Shown piece by piece: positions 1 to 10,035 of a stretch of DNA of 64,000 nucleotides. How positions within the stretch are numbered: position 1 is the stretch's first letter; every line of letters starts with the position of its first letter. The stretch comes from Patescibacteria group bacterium (GTDB taxonomy: Bacteria > Patescibacteriota > UBA1384 > XYA2-FULL-43-10 > 1-14-0-10-43-13), in the NCBI GenBank assembly GCA_041674765.1, contig JBAYVE010000001.1, positions 134,177-198,176 on the forward strand, in the 5' to 3' direction. The position numbers and the translations under genes were made by a program. Under the pieces are notes generated by a model, which searched no databases, had not been told where the DNA came from, and worked only from the letters and a program-made list of their open reading frames with translations.

Positions 1-1440
1 TGGCGTAAGTTTATTGCTTTTGCTGTATTTTTCCTGTTACTCTCCGTCTCTTTTTCTGGATACAGCTACTTCAAAGCAGATCTCAGAACCTTCATCTCAG
101 AGATAGGTCTAGAAGCGCTCAATATCACAGTAGATGTTAGGGAAAATGGATCGATATTCATTGATGGAAAGAAGTCCAAGGAATATGTTAGCCGGGCTGG
201 TGGCAATGATGAGGTTCGTTTCCCGATAATAGATGCACCCGGTCAATTCTATAGATCGGCCACTATCGCTCTGACCCTGCCAAAGGACATAGCGGATAAG
301 ACTGAAATCGATATCAAAGGCATACATGGTGTGGACTATGTCAGTGCCTATAGATCGGATGCAAAAACAATAATTTATGAGGCGAGTGGTATTTCTCCTC
401 AGGCGACTGTTTCCGTTATAGCAAAGATGCCAAAAGGAACAATAGATTATCCCTTGGTGCTTTCTCTTGTAAATCTCTTGAATCTTGTGAAGTACGATGC
501 CTGGATAATTATTGGTATTATAATCCCGTTGATCAGCTTCATTATTATGATCTTTTTTCTCCGTCATTTGGCAAGAGGCAATAAAAGTCTTATCACCGCT
601 GAAAAGTCCGAGGCACCGCCGGCAAGTTTGCCGCCAGCCATAGTCGGCGCCCTATACAGTCAGAGAGTTTCTTCAAGAGAAATTGCAGCCACTTTGGTGG
701 ATCTGGCTCAGCGAGGAGTAATTTATATTATGGATAGGGACCGGGGGTTTGCGTTTGCAAAGAACAAATTTGACAGCCGATTACTACCTTATGAAAAAGT
801 ATTACTGCTGAAAATATTTTCCGGTGGATCTGTTTCTGCGACACAAAAGGATTTACAAAAGGGAATTGATACCAACCTTTATAGTAAGGAGATGACACTT
901 CTAACCGGAGATATATATTCGTTGTCCACAAGACTTGGCTACTTTAAGATGAACCCTCAAAAGATTCATTATAAATATCGGACAATCGCTGTTTTCTCCT
1001 TGCTAATTAGTATGGTTGGATTTTTTATGAGCCTTTTCCTTTTCAGGAACCCGCCTTTTATCGTTTTCTTCTGGCTTGGTATGGCAGCCACCACTATGAT
1101 TATTTTCTCAATGGCCAAAAATATCCCGATTAGAACAAATCTAGGCCAGGAAGCTCTGATTAATTGGTTAGGTTTCCGCAATTTTTTGACAGACAAAGAG
1201 AAAATTTCTTTTTCTTATGATAACTTTGGACTTTTTCAAAAATATTTACCCTATGCTATCGTATTGAATTGTGAAGTATTGTGGGCGAAAAGGTTTTCAG
1301 AACAGAACTTTTCTTTGCCGGAGTGGTATTTGTCAGATAAAAGGGGGTTGGATTTACAGGATTTTTGCCTGTCCCTTTTTCCGATAATTTCCTATGTTGC
1401 TAGGAATTTAACAGCCTCACGAGAGCCTGGTGTAGAATAA
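1..1440 (+). CDS. DUF2207-family membrane protein; the 5' end lies outside the window (frame is open from position 1)
   Basis: Frame 1 has no stop from nt 1. Multi-TM C-terminal half with a conserved LPPAIVGALYS...SREIAATLVDLAQRG stretch typical of DUF2207 predicted membrane proteins. Confidence 0.55.
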   Translation, partial: WRKFIAFAVFFLLLSVSFSGYSYFKADLRTFISEIGLEALNITVDVRENGSIFIDGKKSKEYVSRAGGNDEVRFPIIDAPGQFYRSATIALTLPKDIADKTEIDIKGIHGVDYVSAYRSDAKTIIYEASGISPQATVSVIAKMPKGTIDYPLVLSLVNLLNLVKYDAWIIIGIIIPLISFIIMIFFLRHLARGNKSLITAEKSEAPPASLPPAIVGALYSQRVSSREIAATLVDLAQRGVIYIMDRDRGFAFAKNKFDSRLLPYEKVLLLKIFSGGSVSATQKDLQKGIDTNLYSKEMTLLTGDIYSLSTRLGYFKMNPQKIHYKYRTIAVFSLLISMVGFFMSLFLFRNPPFIVFFWLGMAATTMIIFSMAKNIPIRTNLGQEALINWLGFRNFLTDKEKISFSYDNFGLFQKYLPYAIVLNCEVLWAKRFSEQNFSLPEWYLSDKRGLDLQDFCLSLFPIISYVARNLTASREPGVE

Positions 1441-1443
1441 TTT

Positions 1444-1992
1444 ATGGAATTTATCAGAAATTTACTATCAAAAATAGTTTATGGAGGGGGCGTACTTTTT
1501 GATTTGGCTAAATGGATAATATTTGCTTTTATTGTAATAATTCTTGCCAATACTCTCTGGGTTTCCGTTTTTGTCGTCGATGGACCTTCGATGGAGCCAA
1601 ATTATCATGATAGAGAATTTGTCTTATGGCAAAAGAACGGTACGGGTATTATATATCCTAGAGGTAAGGTTGTTGTCCTCTGTTACCCTGGAGATCCTGA
1701 CAAAAGAAAATATGTTAAGCGCATCATAGGATTGCCTGGCGAGAGAGTAGACATCTATCAAGGCAAGGTCTATATAAACAAGAAACAACTTAGCGAAAAT
1801 TATATTCCTCCCGGTGTCTCCACCGATCCTGAGGGAACTTGGATTGTAAAAGATAATGAGTATTTTGTTTTGGGCGACAACCGACCAGTTTCCAACGACT
1901 CGAGATATTTTGGTCCGGTAGAGACACGGTTTATTTTAGGCACATCAACAGCGGTTATATTACCACGGTTTATGCTCGCCAAAGATATCTAG
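1444..1992 (+). CDS. lepB: signal peptidase I
   Basis: N-terminal TM segment. Catalytic Ser motif GPSMEP, Lys box VKRIIGLPGE, C-terminal GDNRPVSNDSRYFGPV box. Confidence 0.9.
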   Translation: MEFIRNLLSKIVYGGGVLFDLAKWIIFAFIVIILANTLWVSVFVVDGPSMEPNYHDREFVLWQKNGTGIIYPRGKVVVLCYPGDPDKRKYVKRIIGLPGERVDIYQGKVYINKKQLSENYIPPGVSTDPEGTWIVKDNEYFVLGDNRPVSNDSRYFGPVETRFILGTSTAVILPRFMLAKDI

Positions 1993-2016
1993 AAAATAAC
2001 ATATAATCAAAACTTC

Positions 2017-2053
2017 AAAAAAATCGCCCGGTCTGAGGGGCGATTTTTTTATT
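2017..2053. terminator. bidirectional rho-independent terminator between lepB and rpsT
   Basis: A-run, then GC hairpin aatcgccc-ggtctga-gggcgatt, then a T-run. Lies between convergent genes. Confidence 0.7.
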
Positions 2054-2066
2054 TGCTAGGAGAGTA

Positions 2067-2321
2067 CTATTTTGTGCTGATTGATTTTGCTAAACGTGAC
2101 TTTAGTCTGGCTGCTTTGTTCTTGTGAATGACGTTTTTCTTAGCGGCAAGATCGAGTTCTTTGTACGCCTTTGCTAGAGTTTCCAAAGTAGCTTCACCGG
2201 CTTTATCGGCTATCTTCAAACCTTTGACCGCACTCTTAACCTTGGCGCGGGTAACGTCATTAATGGCCTTTTTCTTTTCGGAAACACGAAGTGATTTTTT
2301 GGCTGATTTAATAATCGGCAT
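2067..2321 (-). CDS. rpsT: 30S ribosomal protein S20
   Basis: 84 aa, highly basic, begins MPIIKSAKKSLRVSEKKK, which is an S20-like N-terminus. Confidence 0.85.
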   Translation of the reverse strand: MPIIKSAKKSLRVSEKKKAINDVTRAKVKSAVKGLKIADKAGEATLETLAKAYKELDLAAKKNVIHKNKAARLKSRLAKSISTK

Positions 2322-2733
2322 ATCTTTAAAATCCTAATTTCTAATTACTAATTTTTTAATCAAATCCTAATTAAATAATTGATTAATTACATTTGGAATT
2401 GACTTGAACATTAGAAATTCTTAATTTTCTAATTCTACTGGTTATTTTATCAGAAAGAGGCGAGATTGTAAAGACATTGATTCCGTAATTTCGAAAACCT
2501 TGCTATTTTCCTGTTTCTTATTGTTCGAAGAGGAACGACGAGAACTTCGGTCACCTATTAGTACCGACAGACTTCTCATTTTTAAGAGTACCATTCGAAG
2601 AATAAATACATTTAATAGGGTTTTAGAGAATCACGGATTGATTTTTCTATATGATCGATCTTAGAATAAAAGGTTGTACTAAGTTGTCTATTCGAATACC
2701 ACCCTTAAATAATTGCCATTTAATGATTTATTA

Positions 2734-3699
2734 TTAGGCCATTGCTACTTCTGGGGCTGTATCGGTTTGCTTTCTTTCCTGTAGACGGTCATAGATTTCC
2801 TTTATCCCATCCTCCAACGTCACTGTTGGGATATAACCAAGCTCCTTTGAGATTTTGGTCAGGTCGCCTAGTTGGTTCTTGATATAGCCCTCCTTGACAG
2901 GATTTGGTATTAGCTCTGGTTCTATATTTTTTCCAGTAACTTTGTTTATTATTTCAACAAGTTGTATCAGATTGATTGAACTATTAGTGCCAATATTGAA
3001 AACAGTAAAACCGTACTTTTTATCATTCAATATTGCTCTTTCGATACCTTGCACGACATCTTTCACATTGGTGAAGTCCCGTTCCTGTGTACCATCGCCG
3101 TAAAGAGTTGGTCTTTCGCCTTTTTCCATCATCCAGATAAATTGAGAAACGAGATTAGCAAAGTTACCTTTATGATCTTCATTCAAACCATAAATGCTCA
3201 TAAAGCGGAAGGCAATAATTTCGAGGCCATAGCGCTTGTTGTATGCTCTTGATGATTCTTCTTGGGCATGTTTAGTAACGGCGTAAAAATTTGGCGGTGT
3301 TACTTCCTGATCTTCTGTGAGTGGCGTCGGATTATTACCGTAGATTGAGCTGGTCGAGGCAAAAACCACCTTCTTAACTCCAGTGTCTTTTGCAAAATCA
3401 AGAACGCTGATATGGCCGACGATATTATTTTCGAAGGATCCTTTTAAATCTTCTTCAAACATAGGAGCAGAAGAAGCAGCTGCCAGATGAACGATATAGT
3501 CAAAGTCAGTGCCGGCTTTTTCCAAATCATCTCTATTTAAGACACTCCCTTTAACAAATTTAACTGCTTCAGTCAGATTTTCTTTTTTCCCCAAGAATAA
3601 GTTATCGAATGCTGTGACGTCATGACCCTTGGCTGTCAAAATATTACAGCAGTTTGAACCGATAAATCCTGCCCCTCCTGTAACCAAAATCTTTGCCAT
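2734..3699 (-). CDS. NAD-dependent epimerase/dehydratase (UDP-sugar 4-epimerase-like)
   Basis: N-terminal Rossmann motif VTGGAGFIGSN and YxxxK catalytic motif (FYAVTKHAQ). Confidence 0.85.
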   Translation of the reverse strand: MAKILVTGGAGFIGSNCCNILTAKGHDVTAFDNLFLGKKENLTEAVKFVKGSVLNRDDLEKAGTDFDYIVHLAAASSAPMFEEDLKGSFENNIVGHISVLDFAKDTGVKKVVFASTSSIYGNNPTPLTEDQEVTPPNFYAVTKHAQEESSRAYNKRYGLEIIAFRFMSIYGLNEDHKGNFANLVSQFIWMMEKGERPTLYGDGTQERDFTNVKDVVQGIERAILNDKKYGFTVFNIGTNSSINLIQLVEIINKVTGKNIEPELIPNPVKEGYIKNQLGDLTKISKELGYIPTVTLEDGIKEIYDRLQERKQTDTAPEVAMA

Positions 3700-3712
3700 A
3701 AAAACCTTCTGT

Positions 3713-5599
3713 TTAACTTTTATTATAGTCGCTTATTATTTTGTCAGCTTCAGCTTCGCTTAGATTACCAAACGGTGCAAAATCATTCCATGAAAAATCA
3801 AAAGCGCCTTTTTCTTTTATAACATTGTTAACCGCTTTTTGCATTATCGCTCCTCCCAAAGAGAAGATCATATCAGAGCTATTTTTTGTAAGTGCTTCGC
3901 TCGAAGCAGTGAAGGTAGGACCGGTGTTGGAGTAACGGACTAAAACCATAGCTTCTTTTGCATTGTCCGTCACACGTATTCCGCTGTTCATCGTGTCTAT
4001 CTTTAGCAACGGTGTCTGATTTATATTATCTTTAGCAATTTTACACATTTTGTTGGCAATATCATACTTCAACAATCCATCTTTTTTGTCTAACCCCGGC
4101 TTGAATTCCCTGATAATGGTTTGGGGAACATCGTATTCCTTTTGAAGATATTCAAGTTGCTGCATAGGGCTCTTATGCCAGATTTGTGCAGAGAGTCCCA
4201 AAATATAAGTCAGGAAAATCGCCGCGTCATCTCCGCCCTGAACCAAGGGATAAAATTTGGGTGCGCCCCAAATAGGATTCGTCATAGGCGTCAGAAAGGC
4301 ATGGTTGGTATTTTCGACGGCGATTACCGCATCTTTATGTTTGCTCATTAATTCCATAAAGAAGGGATAACCGGGCTCAGAAGCTATCGTGCTGACTTTA
4401 TAATTGCGGCTTTTTAGGGCCTCCGTCAGAAGATTTGCGCTTATCCCGGTCCTCATGTCATAAATAATTGCATGCTCAAGGCCATCAGGATTGTACGTAG
4501 CGAGGTTTTCCAGTGCGAGCATCAAAAGCTCTGTGCCTGTGAGAGAAATAGCTTTACCTGTAGCGTTTAATGCAATGATACTGCCACGATCTCCGTCAGG
4601 ATCCAGGGCTAAATATATCCGGCCATCTTTTTCGGCCTTTTCTTTCAGCGCTTTCATCGGAGCTGATTCATGCTCATTCGGGTCGATGATATTTTCTAAT
4701 TGGAAATTTGAATTTAATTTTTCATTTTGAACTTCGACCTCGGCGCCAAAGGCTCTGAGAATTTCAACTAGGTTTTTCCCGACTGGGCTGCCTGACATGT
4801 TAAAACCAATTTCCAAACCCTTCAATAACTCATTCTTGGGGACCGCCGTTCCTGTTCTTGCCCTAACTAAATCTTCACAGATATCGATGTTATTTGCGGT
4901 AAGATCACCGACGGTTACAGCAAAGTCTTTGGGGTTGTTTACCCCTATTAAATCGGGATATTCACCTTTGATGAATTTGCCGTAAAAATCTTGCATCAGA
5001 TCTGGTCCGCAAAAGACTTTTCCAAGCATCCCGAATTTCGCCCCAAGGTAATCATCGGCTTTATGGCTCATCGTTCCGTAAATCCAGTTGCCGCCGTGTC
5101 CGGTAGAAGCATACATAAATTCTGAAAGATTGCGTATGGCCCCACCATTTTGCACACCCCAGTAAATTATTCCGCCATCCCTGACGATGCCTGTTTGAAT
5201 AAGTGTGTCGGCAAATATCGACATTGAGTCGTAGTGTTTTTCGTAACAATCTACGGCAATGTTAATAATATGACCTGTCTCTTGTCCACTTCTTTCTATC
5301 AGCACTGAAGCATAGGCCAAGGCGAATAAAACTGTTAGCTCGGGATTTTCGCGCCAGACAGAGGAACGGATATCATACCACATCACCTGTCCTCGAAGCA
5401 TATTTTCCAAAGCTTCATCTTTGTGCAATCTTGCTAAAAATTTCAGAGCTCTTTGATAAATGATTTGGTGACCGCTAGCCCCGATCTTTAGCTGTCGACC
5501 AAAAATATCTGTAAGATCTCTCCCAACCGGAATGGTATTGGGGGAGCGTCTGGCCATTTTTTTGACTAAATTCTCAAGGTTTTTTTGTTCGTTTGCCAT
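3713..5599 (-). CDS. divergent alpha-D-phosphohexomutase superfamily protein (phosphomannomutase/phosphoglucomutase-like)
   Basis: 628 aa. Metal-binding loop LDPDGDR (the DxDxDR signature) and a sugar-loop-like GGDDAA. The canonical TASHNP Ser loop is not obvious. Operon context with manC and an epimerase supports the call. Confidence 0.5.
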   Translation of the reverse strand: MANEQKNLENLVKKMARRSPNTIPVGRDLTDIFGRQLKIGASGHQIIYQRALKFLARLHKDEALENMLRGQVMWYDIRSSVWRENPELTVLFALAYASVLIERSGQETGHIINIAVDCYEKHYDSMSIFADTLIQTGIVRDGGIIYWGVQNGGAIRNLSEFMYASTGHGGNWIYGTMSHKADDYLGAKFGMLGKVFCGPDLMQDFYGKFIKGEYPDLIGVNNPKDFAVTVGDLTANNIDICEDLVRARTGTAVPKNELLKGLEIGFNMSGSPVGKNLVEILRAFGAEVEVQNEKLNSNFQLENIIDPNEHESAPMKALKEKAEKDGRIYLALDPDGDRGSIIALNATGKAISLTGTELLMLALENLATYNPDGLEHAIIYDMRTGISANLLTEALKSRNYKVSTIASEPGYPFFMELMSKHKDAVIAVENTNHAFLTPMTNPIWGAPKFYPLVQGGDDAAIFLTYILGLSAQIWHKSPMQQLEYLQKEYDVPQTIIREFKPGLDKKDGLLKYDIANKMCKIAKDNINQTPLLKIDTMNSGIRVTDNAKEAMVLVRYSNTGPTFTASSEALTKNSSDMIFSLGGAIMQKAVNNVIKEKGAFDFSWNDFAPFGNLSEAEADKIISDYNKS

Positions 5600-5611
5600 T
5601 GTTGCTTTCCG

Positions 5612-6700
5612 TTATAAATAGGGATGCTTGCCCTCTGCCTTTAATTTAGTAAGAAGTTTTTTGACATCATTGGCTTTGTTTTTGTTGGCAATAAACATAA
5701 TGTCGTCGGTGTCGACAACGATCAAATCTTCAAGGCCGATAGTGGCTATCAGTTTATTGTTTGCATATATCAAGCTATTTTTACTATCAATGTCTATATG
5801 ATTTCCTCGGGAGATAATGTGAGCTGAGTAATTGCTCAAAAGAACATCGCAAAGCGTGCTCCAGGTGCCAATATCACTCCATCCCAAATCAGCAGGAATC
5901 GAGAGAAATTTCTTGAAACCTGTGTCTTCAATAATGGCGTTCTCTATTTGCTCTGAGTCTAGTTTGCTATACAAATCATTTATTTTAGTCTCTGCCATCG
6001 GACTATCGGAGTTTTCAATATCGCTGATCATATCAATCGTTCGAATTATTTCCGGGCGAAATTCGCCGATCCAGTTAAGCATTTCCTTAGCTTTGAAGAA
6101 GTAGTAGGCGCCATTCCATAGATAATTCCAGCCCTGAACATATTGATAAGCTGTTTTTAAATCTGGTTTCTCTGTAAACTCTTCGATTTCAAAGACTTGC
6201 CGGCCATCTATTCGGCTTATCTCTTTACCAATTTTCATGTATCCTAGTTCGGTGCTTGGAAAATTTGGGTTAATGCCGACAGCAGTAAGATGGTGGGGAT
6301 GTTTTTCGAGTACCTTCTTGCCAATTTTTATAGTTTCGACAAAAGCATCGGTGTTTTTGATGAGATGGTCGGAGGCAATGGTGGCTATGCTGGCGTCAGG
6401 ATCTTTCTTTAGCAAATACTTACAAATGTAAGCAAAAGCTGGCGCTGTATTCTTGGGTGCTGGCTCTACGATGAAGTGATCATCTGGAAGATCTGGAAGC
6501 TGTTTTTTTGCCTCATCAATAAATTTCCGGATAGTTGAAACATAAACATTCTTTTCTGGTACAGCCTTAATTATACGTTCGTATGTTTCTTGCAGAAGCG
6601 TTTTGTTCGAAATTAATTTGTGAAGCTGTTTGGGACGCTGTTCTCGGCTCATCGGCCATAGTCTGGTGCCTGAACCACCTGCCATAATAACTGCATACAT
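5612..6700 (-). CDS. manC: mannose-1-phosphate guanylyltransferase
   Basis: N-terminal MYAVIMAGGSGTRLWPMSR nucleotidyltransferase signature. Size and layout match GDP-mannose pyrophosphorylase. Confidence 0.85.
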   Translation of the reverse strand: MYAVIMAGGSGTRLWPMSREQRPKQLHKLISNKTLLQETYERIIKAVPEKNVYVSTIRKFIDEAKKQLPDLPDDHFIVEPAPKNTAPAFAYICKYLLKKDPDASIATIASDHLIKNTDAFVETIKIGKKVLEKHPHHLTAVGINPNFPSTELGYMKIGKEISRIDGRQVFEIEEFTEKPDLKTAYQYVQGWNYLWNGAYYFFKAKEMLNWIGEFRPEIIRTIDMISDIENSDSPMAETKINDLYSKLDSEQIENAIIEDTGFKKFLSIPADLGWSDIGTWSTLCDVLLSNYSAHIISRGNHIDIDSKNSLIYANNKLIATIGLEDLIVVDTDDIMFIANKNKANDVKKLLTKLKAEGKHPYL

Positions 6701-6779
6701 AAAAAATTCCTCAATATTTAAAAATTTTAATTATTTTCCAAGCTACCACTTAAGCCGCTAGTTGGCAATATAATAATTC

Positions 6780-7679
6780 TTAATACCTGATTATCTCTAG
6801 GTGAGATATTCCAGCGCTAAAAGTAATTTCTACTTTTTGGGGGTTTACCTCGAAATCATTGCTTCTGTATTTATTATTTTCTTTGGTTAACCCGAGGTTC
6901 TTAATATTCGTATCCGAGAGTGCTGATTCGTTGATGATAGAAAGAGCAAATCTCTCCGGTACTGATAAGACGTAGCTAGAAGCGCCTGTTGAAATATCAA
7001 TTTTGACATTAGGGTTTAATGTGCCTACCTTGATTGTAGCGTCGGTTGCTCCCGAATTAATTGAAATTTTTTCCAATTTAATTCTCTCAAAATCCATATT
7101 TAGTTGGCTTGCTCCGGTATTGACAACCATAGAAAGGGGTAAATTCTCCTTGATAATCAAGTTCATCTCTCTTTTGCGATTTCTCTGCCAGAAAAAATTG
7201 TTTACATCCTCTTTTATCCTAGTAGTCAAAACTCCTCCTGATCTTTGATCGCTTGTCTCCAGATTACCGAAACCATCTGCATCTATTGTATAGGGGGTAC
7301 TCAAAGATTTCGAAGATCCTAGAATAATTTTTGCTGCTCCAAGGTCAAGGTTCAAGTTTAAATTGGAAACAGACTCTGGATTTGGAGCAGTTATAGTCTG
7401 GGTTGATACTGTCTGCTCGTTTTTTACTTCTCTTATCTGGCCAATATTCAAAAGAAAAGCGGCTGCCAGGAGTGCGAAAACAATTATTACTATAAAAGAG
7501 GCGACTATGTTTCTGCCGCCGATTATCTTAAATCCTAAAATTATCAGCAAAACTGGCCAATAAAGGAACAGGGAATACCAGATTTCAATTCCCCACCAGT
7601 GTAGGTTTAGGCCCATCAATATCAGACCGAGGAATAAAACAATTATTCCCCAGAAGATTCTATTAATATTTAGGTTCAT
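6780..7679 (-). CDS. PspC-associated membrane protein (DUF4097/LiaF-like beta-rich C-terminal domain)
   Basis: Start chosen at ATG 7679, which forms an ATGA overlap with the stop of the upstream PspC gene; the ORF-track start at 7754 is a GTG further upstream. Two N-terminal TM helices followed by a beta-strand-rich repeat domain. Confidence 0.55.
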   Translation of the reverse strand: MNLNINRIFWGIIVLFLGLILMGLNLHWWGIEIWYSLFLYWPVLLIILGFKIIGGRNIVASFIVIIVFALLAAAFLLNIGQIREVKNEQTVSTQTITAPNPESVSNLNLNLDLGAAKIILGSSKSLSTPYTIDADGFGNLETSDQRSGGVLTTRIKEDVNNFFWQRNRKREMNLIIKENLPLSMVVNTGASQLNMDFERIKLEKISINSGATDATIKVGTLNPNVKIDISTGASSYVLSVPERFALSIINESALSDTNIKNLGLTKENNKYRSNDFEVNPQKVEITFSAGISHLEIIRY

Positions 7680-8104
7680 TTCTTCTCCTTGGTACTCGAT
7701 AAGATCAACATAAGACCGATCCCGATTAGGATAACAGGCCAAAAATTTGCCCACACATTTATGCCTGAGATATTTTGGATTAGGAAAAGTAGCCCGAGAA
7801 TTGCGATTATAGAGCCGATAATTACATTACTCTTGGTAAGCGGTTTATACGTTGAGTCTTTATCATTCTCCTTTGTCTCATATTCTACACTCTCCTCGCT
7901 TCTCTTATCGGATTGGCAGTTCGGGCCTTCAGGAATGATAATCCAAGCGATGAGATAAAGAACAAAACTAATGCTTGTAAAAAGAAGCAGAACAAAGATT
8001 AGCCTTATTAGAACAGGATCAATTTCAAAATATTCTCCGATCCCGCCACAGACTCCGCCTATCATCCTGTTCTTGCAGGAACGATATAGTCTTTTCTCGC
8101 TCAT
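7676..8104 (-). CDS. PspC-domain membrane protein
   Basis: N-terminal RLYRS..MIGGVCGGIGEYFEIDPVLIRLIFVLL PspC signature, followed by TM helices. Confidence 0.8.
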   Translation of the reverse strand: MSEKRLYRSCKNRMIGGVCGGIGEYFEIDPVLIRLIFVLLLFTSISFVLYLIAWIIIPEGPNCQSDKRSEESVEYETKENDKDSTYKPLTKSNVIIGSIIAILGLLFLIQNISGINVWANFWPVILIGIGLMLILSSTKEKK

Positions 8105-8247
8105 ACGTCTCCTTTTTTAATTCTTTATTATCTCTGATTATAGCACAAACCAGCTCTTGTTTGTAATTATCTATCCCTGGAAATAAGCGATCTATACCAT
8201 TAGTAATTTTGGGATATGATCCATTTCATCCAAAATATCTTTTCCGC

Positions 8248-8275
8248 TTGACATTTAATCGATTTTTGCTAAACT
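8248..8275 (+). promoter_or_regulatory. sigma70-like promoter upstream of nrnA
   Basis: TTGACA, 16-nt spacer, TAAACT, about 90 nt upstream of the start codon. Confidence 0.45.
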
Positions 8276-8368
8276 AACTAGTTTCCTGATTAAGCTAATG
8301 GCGAATAAGGCCAAATAAAGCTAATGCTGGAAAATTCATTATTATTAGCTCAATAGATCAATTAGTCA

Positions 8369-9538
8369 TTGGCTTTTTATATGGAGTTATCCCCGAAACA
8401 ACAAGTGGTTGATATTCTGAAAAATAGCCAGAAAATTTTACTTCTGACTCACAAAAACCCGGATGGCGATGCGCTGGGCAGTATTTTGGCGCTTTATCTT
8501 TCTCTAAAAAAGATGGGCAAAGATGTCACTGCAGTTTGTTGCGATCCTGCGCCGGCTGTCTATGATTATTTGCCTGAAATGAAAGATATCGGTCAAAACT
8601 TTACCGGTAACCGTGATTTTATTATCTCACTCGATGTCTCAAAGGTAAAAGCAGACAAAATAATGTACAAAGTTATAGAGAATAAGCTGCAATTCATCAT
8701 CTCTCCGGAGGGAGGCCAATTTGATAGAAGTATGCTTTTATGCGAAAGCGGCGGTTTCCATTTTGAAGCAATTGTTGTTCTTGATTCCCCCGATTTGGAT
8801 CGTATAGGCTCTCCGTATGAGAAAAATCCGGAAATTTTTTATGACGTACCGGTTATTAATATCGATCATCATGCCGGTAACGATCAATTCGGAAAAATTA
8901 ATCTGGTGGATTTAACTGCAACTTCGACTGCTGAAATTCTGGTTTCTGTTTTGGAAGCTTTGGCAGGTGATGCCAAATTTATCACCGAGCCTATCGCAAC
9001 AGCGCTACTGACCGGTATAATCACCGATACCAATTCTTTCCAAAATACCAATACTACACCAAAATCTCTAACTGTTGCGGCCCAATTAGTCGCTTTTGGC
9101 GGGCGCCAACAGGATATTATTAAGAATATTTATAAGACGAAAGCTCTTTCCACCTTGCGGTTATGGGGACGTGCCCTATCAAGTCTCCGCGATGAGCAAA
9201 ATTACCGCTTTGTCTGGACACAGTTGAAGAAGAAAGACTATTTGGAGGTTGGGGCAGCCGAGGAAGAATCAAGCGGGGTTATCGATGAACTCTTGAAGAC
9301 AGCCTCGGGTGTCGATTTCGCCCTGCTCCTTTCGGAGAAGAACGGTGATCTACATGGTTCTCTGAGATCAACTGTAAGCACGAAAGACGTTGCAGAAATT
9401 GCCCGCTTATTCGGAGGGGGTGGTCATCCGAACGCTGCTGCTTTTCAATTGAAAGAGTCTTCTCTCGAAAAATCCTGCACTCAAATTATCCAACGGATCA
9501 AGGATTATCAGGATAACCAGGATAAACTCACAAAATAA
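8369..9538 (+). CDS. nrnA: DHH/DHHA1 phosphoesterase (bifunctional oligoribonuclease / pAp phosphatase NrnA-like)
   Basis: Motifs NPDGDALGS and IDHHAGND. C-terminal DHHA1 GGGGH motif. Confidence 0.8.
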   Translation: MAFYMELSPKQQVVDILKNSQKILLLTHKNPDGDALGSILALYLSLKKMGKDVTAVCCDPAPAVYDYLPEMKDIGQNFTGNRDFIISLDVSKVKADKIMYKVIENKLQFIISPEGGQFDRSMLLCESGGFHFEAIVVLDSPDLDRIGSPYEKNPEIFYDVPVINIDHHAGNDQFGKINLVDLTATSTAEILVSVLEALAGDAKFITEPIATALLTGIITDTNSFQNTNTTPKSLTVAAQLVAFGGRQQDIIKNIYKTKALSTLRLWGRALSSLRDEQNYRFVWTQLKKKDYLEVGAAEEESSGVIDELLKTASGVDFALLLSEKNGDLHGSLRSTVSTKDVAEIARLFGGGGHPNAAAFQLKESSLEKSCTQIIQRIKDYQDNQDKLTK

Positions 9539-9736
9539 TAGATTTCTCTCTTGAAAAGATATTAGATTTAGGTTATAAATAATAGTAACAATTAATAAGG
9601 GGAGAAACTGCCGCAGGGCGCTTTGTTCATAAAGTCCATAAAGCCAAGTTGTAATGTCATTACCAATTACCTTGTAAGCTTTAAACTTTTAACTTTATAA
9701 ACGAAAGTACGCTTTGCTTAGCAGCTGAAAGGAAAA

Positions 9737-10024
9737 ATGGTTAAGAAAGAAAGCAGCGAGAAGGTCACAGTCAAGAAAGATGACCTGATTAAGAAGTATC
9801 AAACCCACAAGAATGATACAGGCTCAACTGAGGTTCAGATAGCAATCCTCACAAAGAAAGTTTCAGATTTGACCGGTCATTTGAAAGAGCATAAGAAGGA
9901 TTTTGATTCAAGACGCGGCCTCTTAATGATGGTTGGCAAACGCAGACGGCTCCTAAACTACCTTCGAAAAAACGAAGAAGAGAAATATCAGAAAATAATT
10001 GCTGATTTGGGCCTTAAGAAATAG
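9737..10024 (+). CDS. rpsO: 30S ribosomal protein S15
   Basis: [48 protein letters not shown] matches the S15 core. Position immediately upstream of pnp. Confidence 0.9.
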   Translation: MVKKESSEKVTVKKDDLIKKYQTHKNDTGSTEVQIAILTKKVSDLTGHLKEHKKDFDSRRGLLMMVGKRRRLLNYLRKNEEEKYQKIIADLGLKK

Positions 10025-10035
10025 TTTCTAAAGTT

